Source: an uncultured Chloroflexia bacterium (GTDB lineage Bacteria; Chloroflexota; Limnocylindria; Limnocylindrales; CSP1-4). From it: DNA of 64,000 bases. Under the pieces are notes generated by a model. It saw nothing but the letters and a program-made list of their open reading frames with translations, did no database searches and was not told the origin of the DNA. The stretch is taken from positions 280,404 through 344,403 of the forward strand of contig CAWEMV010000002.1 in assembly GCA_963810285.1 (NCBI GenBank), read 5' to 3'. The translations under genes were made by a program, and so were the position numbers. Position 1 is the stretch's first letter; every line of letters begins with the position of its first letter. Positions 40,265 to 48,522 of this stretch are shown piece by piece.

Positions 40265-43030
40265 TCAGCCGCCGAAGAGCGGCATCTGCTCGCCGCCGCG
40301 CTCGACCACGGGATCGAGGCCCAGCAGCGGCTCGAGCTCCTCGAGGTCCGGCTGCTCGGCGGCGAGGAATGTCCGGAGGTGGTCCCACTTGATGAGGTTC
40401 CAGCCGTGTTCGTCCATCGCCGCCCGGAGGAGTGGCGAGCGATCGAGCTTGTGGCGGATGAGGTCGGTCCGCTCGGGGGCGACCGCGAGGAACCGGATGT
40501 ACCGCTCGTCCGACCCGATCCGCGCGTGGCGCCGCAGCAGCGGCTCGCCGAGCATGGCCGTCCACTCGACCTCGAACATCAACGCCACCTTGCCGCGGAT
40601 GTACCAGATCGCATCGACCTCGGCGAGCGCATCGACCGCCTTGCCGATGCTGCCGAGGTAGGCGCCCCGCTCGCGATCGTCGAGCAGGTCGCCAAGGTGG
40701 CCACGACCGTGACGGCGGGCCTGCTCACGTGCCGCCAGCCAGACGCGCAGGCCGAGCCGGTGCCCGGTCTCGGTGATGGCGGCGAGCAGCTCGGTGTGGT
40801 CCTGGCTGCGACGAAGCAGGTCGTCGCCGGTGACGAGCCGGTCGGGCGTGCTGGCCATGCTGCGGTAGCTGTCGAGGCACGCCCGGACGAGGGTCTCGTC
40901 GGGCAGGTCGTGACCGGTGAACAGCGTGGCGATACGGTCGTAGAACGCGCTCTCGGACAGCGGACCGGCCGTGGACAGGAGGCTGAAGACGGCCCACTCG
41001 ACGCGATCCGCGAGGGGCGCCGCGGCGGCGTCCCGGTCGGCCGTCTCGGTGAGCCACCAGCGACCCGGCTCGATCTCCGACAGCCGCGGGTGGTCTGCGC
41101 GCGCGAGCTCGTCGCGGATCAGCGCCAGGAGCCGCTCGACCGGGTCGGGCGCCGCGTCGGCCACAGCCGTGGCTCGACGCGTGGCGACCGGCGGCCCGCT
41201 CTCCCCGGCAGCCAGCTCGGCGGCGGGCTGCGGCGCGTCGGGCTGGCCGGCCGGCTGGTCCGCTGGTGAGGTCGGCGGGCGGCTGTCGTCGCCCGTCGAG
41301 GGTCCCTCGCTCGGTCGCGTGCCGGTCGACAGGCGGCGGAGGTGACCCGACCGGTCGAGACCGACGAGGATCTCGCCGAACAGCCGTTCTGTGCGGGCTG
41401 GCTCGCCGCGCGCCCGCAGCGTCTCGACCGCGGTCTCGGTCACGATCCTGGCCGCGTCGCTCGCCGAGAACGGCCGCTGGTCGAACCGCTCGGGCGGCGC
41501 GAACAGGCCTCGACCGGGCACGATGTCGGGATCGCCCGAGCCGCCCGACGCGTACGGCAGCGCGACGTTGGCCCGGGTCCGCGGCCCGGGCGGGACGGCA
41601 GCACCGGGCGGCACCATCTCGATGACGCCGGCTCCGACGTCGTCGGGGTCGGACTGGCGCGCCACGACGATGCGGTAGCCGGCGGATGCCGCACCGATGG
41701 CGACGGCGGCCAGCGCCTCGGCGCCACCGTCGACCAGCTGGACGACGCGGCCGTCGCGGGCCATCGACGGCTCCACCGCCGCGAGCGACCGGCCGATCGT
41801 CACGGCCTGCCAGGACCACGGCGCGCGCAGCGAGGGATCGGCCAGGGCGTCGATCGGGAGCATCGACGCGGCCTCCCGTCCGAGCGTCCAGGCCGTCCCG
41901 TGATAGGCGACGCCCAGGCGGTCGAGGCTCGGGCGCATCGGCGGCTGGCCGAGCACGAGCCGGACCCGGGGTGTCGGTGGACCGGAGGTCCGGCCCGGCA
42001 CATCGGCGTCGCTCAGCGCGCGGACCGCCGAGGGGCTGGCCACGGTCAGCACCGCGGTCGCCGAGCCCTCGGCCAGCGATCGGAGGTCCTCGCCGAGGCG
42101 GGCCTGGAGCGGTCCCAGCGCGCCGCCTTCGAGGTTCTGGACGAACCCGCGGACCGTGCGGAACGCCTCTTCGAAGGCGAGCCACGGGTTGCGCTCCCGC
42201 CAGTGGGTCGCCGCCGGCAGGCGGACGTGGCCGCCGGCGATGCGCAGCGCCCCGCCCCGGCCGACGCCGGTCGCGAGCCGGCTCGACGGGATGAGCGCGT
42301 GGAGCAGCGCGAGGCGCAGCGCCGCGAGCACGGGTGCCGCACGGAGGTCCGCCTCGATGCGTTCCAGGATCGCCGTGAGCGCCACGAGCTGGCGGGGCGT
42401 GTGCAGATCGAGCAGCTCGTCCACGAGGTCCGGCGCGCCGTCGACCACCGGGAACCGGTCGCGCGCCCACGACCGGGCGGCACCGGCATCGACATCGCTC
42501 ATGGCCCGCGCGAGGTCCTCCGCCTCGAGCTCGCCGTGGCGGCCCTCGGATCCGCCGCGCATGTCCCGGCAGACCGTGCAGCGGTAGTGCCGCGTGGTCG
42601 GTCGGGCCGGCCCGTCGCCGTCGACGGACCAGGTGAACTCGTCGGCGACGAGGACCCGCCCGCACGTCGCGCAACGCGTCGCGAACAGGTCGCCCATCGA
42701 CACCTTGAGGCTCGACTCGCCACGGGGCGACGCCGACATGCCCTGGAACGCGGCGTCGAGGTGACGGACGTCCGGCGGGCGGAGCACGACCTCCGCGAGC
42801 ATCCGGGTCAGCGGGGTCGATTCGATCGAGACGGCGCGGCGCTGGCGATCGACCGCGGCGCGGGCCACCCAGCCGCCGCGACCGGCCAGGTCGGCGACGA
42901 CGTCACCGGGGCCGGTGTGGGCGTCGATGCGCGCGGCGAGGAGGCCGGGCGCGGGCGCGGGCGCCAGGCGCTCGAAGACCGCCAGCCGGCCGCCGGTGTC
43001 GGCGCGCGAGGCATGGGCACGGACCGTCAT
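40265..43030 (-). CDS. Degenerate amino-methyltransferase-like protein with zinc ribbon and C-terminal PD-(D/E)xK-like domain
   Basis: Motif I-like PGDVVADLAGRGG, CATC...CTVC, motif IV-like LVLGQPP and C-terminal EVDAIWY...MFEVEWT. Confidence 0.7.
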   Translation of the reverse strand: MTVRAHASRADTGGRLAVFERLAPAPAPGLLAARIDAHTGPGDVVADLAGRGGWVARAAVDRQRRAVSIESTPLTRMLAEVVLRPPDVRHLDAAFQGMSASPRGESSLKVSMGDLFATRCATCGRVLVADEFTWSVDGDGPARPTTRHYRCTVCRDMRGGSEGRHGELEAEDLARAMSDVDAGAARSWARDRFPVVDGAPDLVDELLDLHTPRQLVALTAILERIEADLRAAPVLAALRLALLHALIPSSRLATGVGRGGALRIAGGHVRLPAATHWRERNPWLAFEEAFRTVRGFVQNLEGGALGPLQARLGEDLRSLAEGSATAVLTVASPSAVRALSDADVPGRTSGPPTPRVRLVLGQPPMRPSLDRLGVAYHGTAWTLGREAASMLPIDALADPSLRAPWSWQAVTIGRSLAAVEPSMARDGRVVQLVDGGAEALAAVAIGAASAGYRIVVARQSDPDDVGAGVIEMVPPGAAVPPGPRTRANVALPYASGGSGDPDIVPGRGLFAPPERFDQRPFSASDAARIVTETAVETLRARGEPARTERLFGEILVGLDRSGHLRRLSTGTRPSEGPSTGDDSRPPTSPADQPAGQPDAPQPAAELAAGESGPPVATRRATAVADAAPDPVERLLALIRDELARADHPRLSEIEPGRWWLTETADRDAAAAPLADRVEWAVFSLLSTAGPLSESAFYDRIATLFTGHDLPDETLVRACLDSYRSMASTPDRLVTGDDLLRRSQDHTELLAAITETGHRLGLRVWLAAREQARRHGRGHLGDLLDDRERGAYLGSIGKAVDALAEVDAIWYIRGKVALMFEVEWTAMLGEPLLRRHARIGSDERYIRFLAVAPERTDLIRHKLDRSPLLRAAMDEHGWNLIKWDHLRTFLAAEQPDLEELEPLLGLDPVVERGGEQMPLFGG

Positions 43031-43057
43031 CTCGGGGAATGCTAGCCCACGATGGAA

Positions 43058-43077
43058 GGCCGCCGGGTCGGGCGGCC
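43058..43077 (-). terminator. GC-rich hairpin downstream of the TPR gene (weak terminator candidate)
   Basis: GGCCGCC-6 nt-GGCGGCC followed only by TTCC on the minus strand. Confidence 0.3.
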
Positions 43078-43099
43078 CTCCGGGCGATGTGACTCGGGC

Positions 43100-43957
43100 C
43101 TAGGACTCGTCGAGTTCGTCCGGCTCCTCTTCGAACGCCTCGTCGGTCGTCGACTCGGGCGGGAGGACCCGGTCGAGATCCTCGATCTCCTCGTCCTCCT
43201 CGTCGTCCTCGAGATCCTCCTCGAGCTCCATCTCCTCGCGGACGAGGGTGCCCTTGGTGTACGGGCGAAGGTCGGTCGACTTGGCCGCGGTCGGGAAGCT
43301 CACCTTGCCGTAGTTGCTCGGGTCCTGGAACGTCTCGCGGATGATCAGGCGGACGTCCTTGTCCCCGAGGCTCGTGACACCGGCCGCGTACTTGTTGCCA
43401 TCCGCGATGAGCTTGAGCAACCGGGCCGCGACGCGCGGCTCGACGACACCGATCCGCATCCCGTTCGAATACGCGATGAGGCGGCTCTTCTCGGGCGTCA
43501 GCTCGACCGCGTCGCCCGGGTTCACCTGGGCGAGCTCCTTGGGAGTGGCGAGGTCGGTCAGGAACGCGAACCCGGTCTTGCCGGTCTCCTCGACGAAGAT
43601 GCTCACGGGCGCCTTGCTGCCGTCGGCCGCGGGCACGGTCTTGTCGCCGGCCGCGTTCAGCAGCACCTTCAGCCGGTCGATGTTGCGCTCGGCGATCCGG
43701 TTGGTCGGGTCGAGGGCAAGGGCGGTCTGGTAGTGCTCACGCGCATCGGCGAGCATGCCGAGCTCCCAGAGGGCCTTGGCGAGGCGGTTCTCGGCCTCCG
43801 GGTCGGGGCCCAGCTCGAGCAGCTTGCGGTTCGTCTCCGCAGCCTCCGCCCACTCGGCGCCGGAGGCGTGGGCGATGGCCTGCTCGGCAAGCTGTCGCTT
43901 CGTCCGGGTCAGGTTGGCAGGACTCTGCGGGGTCGTCTCGACGTCGGGGAAGGTCAC
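43100..43957 (-). CDS. TPR + HIRAN-like domain protein with acidic C-terminal tail
   Basis: TPR helices (NRLAKALWELG...ALALDPTN), a beta-domain VNPGDAVELTPE...GMRIGVVEPRVAARL...GNKYAAGV and a D/E-rich tail. AAAGGA lies upstream of GTG 43957. Confidence 0.8.
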   Translation of the reverse strand: MTFPDVETTPQSPANLTRTKRQLAEQAIAHASGAEWAEAAETNRKLLELGPDPEAENRLAKALWELGMLADAREHYQTALALDPTNRIAERNIDRLKVLLNAAGDKTVPAADGSKAPVSIFVEETGKTGFAFLTDLATPKELAQVNPGDAVELTPEKSRLIAYSNGMRIGVVEPRVAARLLKLIADGNKYAAGVTSLGDKDVRLIIRETFQDPSNYGKVSFPTAAKSTDLRPYTKGTLVREEMELEEDLEDDEEDEEIEDLDRVLPPESTTDEAFEEEPDELDES

Positions 43958-44008
43958 AGGGGTCGTCGTCCTTTCGGGCGCAGCGAAGCACCGGGTACGG
44001 GGCATCGC

Positions 44009-44037
44009 TTTCTAGCATCGGTGGCCGCGCCCGTCAA
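44009..44037 (-). promoter_or_regulatory. Sigma70-type promoter of the TPR-HIRAN gene
   Basis: TTGACG-17 bp-TAGAAA with an extended -10 TG. It overlaps a plus-strand TAGCAT hexamer (44013-44018). Confidence 0.55.
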
Positions 44038-44090
44038 ACGGAGAGGCCATCCGGCCGGGGCGGCAGCCGTCCGAGGCGCGGCCGGAGTCA

Positions 44091-44233
44091 GCGTGCTTCC
44101 CAGTCTGCAGAAAGGGATCGAGTGTCGCGTGTGGCAGGTCCTCGCCCTCCAGATGTGTCTGGGGGGCACGTTCGTCCGCCGAGGACCAGGTCGGAACGGC
44201 CTTGGATCCTCCAGTGCCGACTGGTAAGCACAC
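44091..44233. ncRNA. Rod-shaped structured ncRNA candidate, copy A (6S-RNA-like architecture)
   Basis: The ends pair (minus strand GUGUGCUU/AAGCACGC, CCAGUC/GACUGG, GGAUC/GAUCC), followed by a ~12-14 nt two-sided bubble and the GGUCCUCG/CGAGGACC apical arm. Homologous to the adjacent copy. Confidence 0.65.
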
Positions 44234-44251
44234 ATCAGCCGCTAGGGCGGG

Positions 44252-44397
44252 GCTCGTGCCTGCCAGTCATCACGAACTGGTCGAGGTCGCGCGGGGCGGG
44301 TCCTCAGCGTTCAACGGTGTCTGGGAGGCACGTTCGGCCGCCGAGGGGTCGGTCGCCGAGGCCTTCGACCCTCCGGTGCTGACTGGGAGTCACGAGC
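44252..44397. ncRNA. Rod-shaped structured ncRNA candidate, copy B (6S-RNA-like architecture)
   Basis: GCUCGUG/CACGAGC, CCAGUCA/UGACUGG, GGUCGA/UCGACC, a bubble and CCUCGGCG/CGCUGAGG. Shares long blocks with copy A, e.g. CCTCGGCGGmCGAACGTGCCyCCCAGACAC. Confidence 0.65.
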
Positions 44398-44405
44398 GAC
44401 GGCCG

Positions 44406-45233
44406 TCACTCCCGGACGAGCAGGTTGAGACCGATCACCACGAGCCCGAGGACCGCCAGCAGCAGCGTCTGCCACAGCCAGCGGACGTCCCGGCGCCGGG
44501 ACGGGCTCGCGGCGTGGAAGGCATCCCACAGGTAGAAGGTCAGCGTCAGGAGCGCCGGGCCCATCAGGCGCGGGATCTGGACGAACCGCAGGGTGGCGGC
44601 GGCGATGGCGATCGCGATCGCGTACGTCGCGGCCGACCACAGTGCGTCGCGCAGCGACGAGGTCCGCAGCGCGGCCGCCCGGTAGCCGAGCAGGAACGCG
44701 ACCGTCGCATCGCCCGCGGCCAGGACCAGCAGCTCCCGGCGCGGTAGTGGCAGGCCCGCGGCGCCGCTGGACCCGGGCTGGGCGAGCCCGCCCGGGACGG
44801 TGGCCGCGACGCCCACGAAGGCGAGGAAGCCGACGATGAGGGTCGTGACCAGGACCGCCGTCCGTCCCTCGTCGTCGAGACCCGATGGCGAGGCGAGGAT
44901 GCGCGCCTCGAGGGCGAGGCAGCGATCCACGATGATGCCGGTGATGAGCAGCGCCGGCGCCAGTGCCAGCCCGAACGGCACGAGGCGGATCGCCCCGACG
45001 CAGGCAACGGCCGCCACGGCCGGCAGGATCAGCGACTCGATCGGGATGCCGAGCGGGTGGCTGTCCGTGTGGGCGGCCTCGTCACCGAGGACCTGCAGGC
45101 TGCCGAGGATGATCGCGCCGAGCAGGAAGACCGCCACGATCCAGACCCCGGGCGGCTCGATCAGACGGGACAGGCCGACGACGATGACCGCGGCCAGCGC
45201 GAGGTCGCGTCGGCCGGATCGATCGGCGTCCAT
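44406..45233 (-). CDS. Multi-pass membrane protein of unknown function
   Basis: About 9 hydrophobic segments in the C-terminal part of ORF 44406..45761. ATG 45233 is 7 nt after TACCAT (alternative start 45263). Confidence 0.8.
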   Translation of the reverse strand: MDADRSGRRDLALAAVIVVGLSRLIEPPGVWIVAVFLLGAIILGSLQVLGDEAAHTDSHPLGIPIESLILPAVAAVACVGAIRLVPFGLALAPALLITGIIVDRCLALEARILASPSGLDDEGRTAVLVTTLIVGFLAFVGVAATVPGGLAQPGSSGAAGLPLPRRELLVLAAGDATVAFLLGYRAAALRTSSLRDALWSAATYAIAIAIAAATLRFVQIPRLMGPALLTLTFYLWDAFHAASPSRRRDVRWLWQTLLLAVLGLVVIGLNLLVRE

Positions 45234-45262
45234 CGTCGCGATGGTACGCGAGCCGCCGGTCA

Positions 45263-47191
45263 TCACACGCGCCCCGGCTTGCCGGACACCCAGTCGAGGA
45301 CCTCGTCCCGCGGGCGCGTGTTGAGGACGCTCGCCGGCTCGACCCATGCCCGACGTGCCTGCGTCACGCCCCACCGGAGGTGGTCGAACTCGGCGATCCG
45401 GTGCGCGTCCGAGTCGATCGAGAGCATGCAGCCCATGCCGACCGCCCGACGCGCCCGCTCGACCGCGAGGTCGAGCCGATGGGGCGAGCCGTTCATCTCG
45501 AGCACCGTGCCCGTCCGGGCCGCCTCCGCGTACACGGTGTCCCAGTCCAGGTCGAGGTCGTCCCGGCCGCCGATCATGCGACCCGACGGGTGGGCGATGA
45601 CGTCGACGTGCGGGCTGCGGATGCCGTTGAGCGTGCGCCGGGTCAGGTCGGCCTTCGACTGGCGGCGCCCGACATGGACGGACGCGACCACGACGTCGAA
45701 CCTGGCGAGCAGCTCGTCGGGGTAGTCGAGCTCGCCGTCGGCGCGGATCTCGAGCTCGCATCCATGGAGCAGCCGGAAGCCGTCGACTGGCGTCTCCGGC
45801 GGCGCGGTGCCCGCGGCCTCCTCCTCCGCGTACCGGGCATTGAGCCCCGCGATGATCGCGCGCTGCTCCTCGACACGCTCGGCGGTCAGGCCACGGGCGA
45901 TCGCCAGCGACTGGCTGTGGTCGGTCAGCACCTGGTAGGCGTGGCCGCGACGCCGGGCTGTCTCGGCCATGACCTCGATCGTGTGGGTGCCATCCGACCA
46001 GTCGGAATGGCTGTGGAGGTCGCCGGTCAGGTCGCCGAGCTCGATGAGCCGCGGGAGTCGACCGGCGAGCGCCGCCTCGATCTCGCCCTGGTCCTCGCGC
46101 AGCTCGGGTTCGATGAACGGCAGGCCGAGGAACGCATACACCTCCGCCTCGGTCGCGAACGTCCGCAGCTCGGCCGCGTCGCCGGTCAACGGCTCGCCGT
46201 CCTCGCCGATCCGCAGGAAGCCCTTCTCCGACAGGCTCCAGCCCATGTCCCGGGCCCGCTCGCGGAGCCGGACGTTGTGCTCCTTCGAGCCGGTGAAATG
46301 GACGCGGTAGGTCCCGGCGGCGCCGGGGGGCATCACCATCAGGTCGATCTGCGGGCCGCGCATCGCCTGGACGGCGGCCTTGTAGCCACCCCTGTTGAGG
46401 ACCTGCTCGACGATGCCCATCGTGGTGAACCGCTCGATCAGGCCCGGCCCGTCGTCGGTCTCGGCGAGGAGGTCGAGGTCGCCGATCGACTCGCGCCGGC
46501 GGCGGAACGATCCGGCCGGCTCGATCAAGGTCAGGCCGGGTGTGCCGGCCAGGGCGTCCACCAGGCCCAGGATCGTGGCCTCAGCGCGGGGCAGGAGCAT
46601 CCGCCGCGGCGTCGTCTCGAGCCGGGAGATGCCCTCGAGGATCAGCTGCTCGGTGCGGGCGCTCAGACCCTTGAGCTCGCGCAAGCGGCCGGCCTCGGCC
46701 GCCCGGCGGAGGTCGTCCATCGAGACGATGCCGAGCTCGAGCCAGATCTGGCGGACGGTCTTCGGTCCGAGCCCCGGGATCCGCAGCCAGCCGACCAGGC
46801 CGGGTGGCACCTCGGCGACCAGCTTGTCGTAGTAGGCCATCCGCCCGGTCGTCGCGAACTCCTCGATCTTGTCGCTGATCGCGGCGCCGACGCCAGGGAT
46901 CCTCGGGACCTCGCCCGCCCGATATGCCGCGACGACGTCGACCGGGCTGCGCCCGATGGCGTCGGCCGCCCGGTGATAGGCGACGGTCTTGAACGAGAGC
47001 GCGCCCTTGACCTCGAGCATGTCGCCGATCTCGTGGAACATCCGGGCGAGGTAGCCGTTGGTCAGCTCCGGCGGCGACTCCTCGTCGTCGTCGCGGAGGT
47101 CAGGGTCGGCCGGCTCGAGGTCGGCGTCGATGACCGGCATCGCAGGCTCCGTCTCGGGCGGTGGGTCGGTGCGGGCGACACGGCGCGGCAT
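45263..47191 (-). CDS. polX: DNA polymerase X / PHP 3'-5' exonuclease
   Basis: HhH motifs IPGVG and IPGLGPK, GSFRR..IGDLDLL, QIDL and HFTGSKEHN, then PHP motifs DLHSHSDWSDG, TDHS, IAHP and DSDAH. Confidence 0.95.
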   Translation of the reverse strand: MPRRVARTDPPPETEPAMPVIDADLEPADPDLRDDDEESPPELTNGYLARMFHEIGDMLEVKGALSFKTVAYHRAADAIGRSPVDVVAAYRAGEVPRIPGVGAAISDKIEEFATTGRMAYYDKLVAEVPPGLVGWLRIPGLGPKTVRQIWLELGIVSMDDLRRAAEAGRLRELKGLSARTEQLILEGISRLETTPRRMLLPRAEATILGLVDALAGTPGLTLIEPAGSFRRRRESIGDLDLLAETDDGPGLIERFTTMGIVEQVLNRGGYKAAVQAMRGPQIDLMVMPPGAAGTYRVHFTGSKEHNVRLRERARDMGWSLSEKGFLRIGEDGEPLTGDAAELRTFATEAEVYAFLGLPFIEPELREDQGEIEAALAGRLPRLIELGDLTGDLHSHSDWSDGTHTIEVMAETARRRGHAYQVLTDHSQSLAIARGLTAERVEEQRAIIAGLNARYAEEEAAGTAPPETPVDGFRLLHGCELEIRADGELDYPDELLARFDVVVASVHVGRRQSKADLTRRTLNGIRSPHVDVIAHPSGRMIGGRDDLDLDWDTVYAEAARTGTVLEMNGSPHRLDLAVERARRAVGMGCMLSIDSDAHRIAEFDHLRWGVTQARRAWVEPASVLNTRPRDEVLDWVSGKPGRV

Positions 47192-47222
47192 GCCCGCGAT
47201 GGTACGCGGGCGTGGGCGCCCC

Positions 47223-48383
47223 CTACGCGGCGACGACCCGGTCCCGACCTCCGCGCTTGGCGCGGTACAGCGCATCGTCCGCGACCTCGATGAGCTCCCC
47301 GATGGGATCGTCGGGACCCGTGGCCACGGCCACGCCGACCGACACGCTCACCGTGTGCACGTCGAGGCGCCGCAGGTCGAGCCCGCGGACCGCCGCCCGG
47401 ATCCGTTCGCCGATCTCCACCGCGACCCCCGGATCGGGGTTCCGCAGCAGCACCACGAACTCCTCCCCGCCGAACCGGGCCGGCACGTCGTCCTCGCGCA
47501 CGGCCGATACGATCGCCCCCGCCACGGCCTTGAGCACCTGGTCACCCGTGGCGTGGCCATGCTTGTCGTTGAGCAGCTTGAACCGGTCGACGTCGACCAT
47601 CAGGATGCCGACCGCGTCACCCGCCCGCCGGCGCTGGGCGAGCAGGCCGACGAACTCGTCGAAGTAACGCCGGTTCGGGAGTCCGGTCAGCGAGTCTGTG
47701 GATGCGCGCGCCTCGGCGTCGCGGTGCGAGTACACCCGGGCGAGCGCGGCCGACGCCTCGATCGCCGCGCCACCGAGGATCCGCCGCGTCGACTCCGGCC
47801 AGGTCGACCCGACCCGGCGCGACACGACGAGCGCCCCGACGACCCCATCGGGCGTCGACAGCGGCACCGACAGCACCTGGCCCAGCCCGTACACGTCCTT
47901 CACCCGCCAGGCGATCCGGTCGGCGGCCTCGGCAGGCGTGGCCGCCCGCCCGTGGATCGGGTCGCGCAGGTCGCCCAGCGGCAGCGGCGTGGAATGGTCG
48001 GGCACGCCCGGTCGGAGGCTCACGAGATGGGCGCCGAGCCCGCGGCCGTCCTCGTTCCGGCGCACGACCACGACGTGGTCCGCGCCGGTCGCTGCGCCGA
48101 GCTCCCCGGCGATGGCATCGACGATGGCGTCGGGCGACACAGACCGCGACAGGCCGCTCAGGATCCGGGCGAACAATTCGGCCTCACCACGCCGGCGGGC
48201 GTCGAGTCCCGCGACCGCCTCGCCGTGGATGAAGGCCGCGAGCCCCGCGACGAGGACCACCCCGAAGAGGATCCGGTCGGCGAAGCTCGCGTCGGCCGCC
48301 ACCGCGCGCAGCAGCGCGACGATGCCGACGACGACGAAGGCGAGGGAGAACGTCCACCAGGACCGGCGGATCCGGCGATCCAT
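47223..48383 (-). CDS. Membrane-anchored GAF-GGDEF diguanylate cyclase
   Basis: Two N-terminal TM helices, GAF, DSLTGLPNRR, DVDRFK..ND..GH, and an RxxD I-site before GGEEF. The start codon is uncertain. Confidence 0.9.
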   Translation of the reverse strand: MDRRIRRSWWTFSLAFVVVGIVALLRAVAADASFADRILFGVVLVAGLAAFIHGEAVAGLDARRRGEAELFARILSGLSRSVSPDAIVDAIAGELGAATGADHVVVVRRNEDGRGLGAHLVSLRPGVPDHSTPLPLGDLRDPIHGRAATPAEAADRIAWRVKDVYGLGQVLSVPLSTPDGVVGALVVSRRVGSTWPESTRRILGGAAIEASAALARVYSHRDAEARASTDSLTGLPNRRYFDEFVGLLAQRRRAGDAVGILMVDVDRFKLLNDKHGHATGDQVLKAVAGAIVSAVREDDVPARFGGEEFVVLLRNPDPGVAVEIGERIRAAVRGLDLRRLDVHTVSVSVGVAVATGPDDPIGELIEVADDALYRAKRGGRDRVVAA

Positions 48384-48522
48384 CGGGTCCACGGGTCGCG
48401 CGGTGCGGGGTGTGGCTCCAGTCACGTCGGGAATACAGGATGGGGTGCCGAGGTCGCCGCGTCCACTAGACGGCGTAGTACCGATGGCCGGATCGGGCTG
48501 GTACTTCCGTTTGGTGAGGGCC

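Noticed and set aside
40265-43030. Functional type IIG restriction-modification enzyme
   Set aside because: Both the SAM-binding and DPPY catalytic motifs are degenerate.
44091-44397. SRP RNA, tRNA, tmRNA or tandem riboswitch identity for the paired RNAs
   Set aside because: No SRP helix-8 motif, cloverleaf or tag reading frame is seen, and the downstream gene has its own promoter after the elements.
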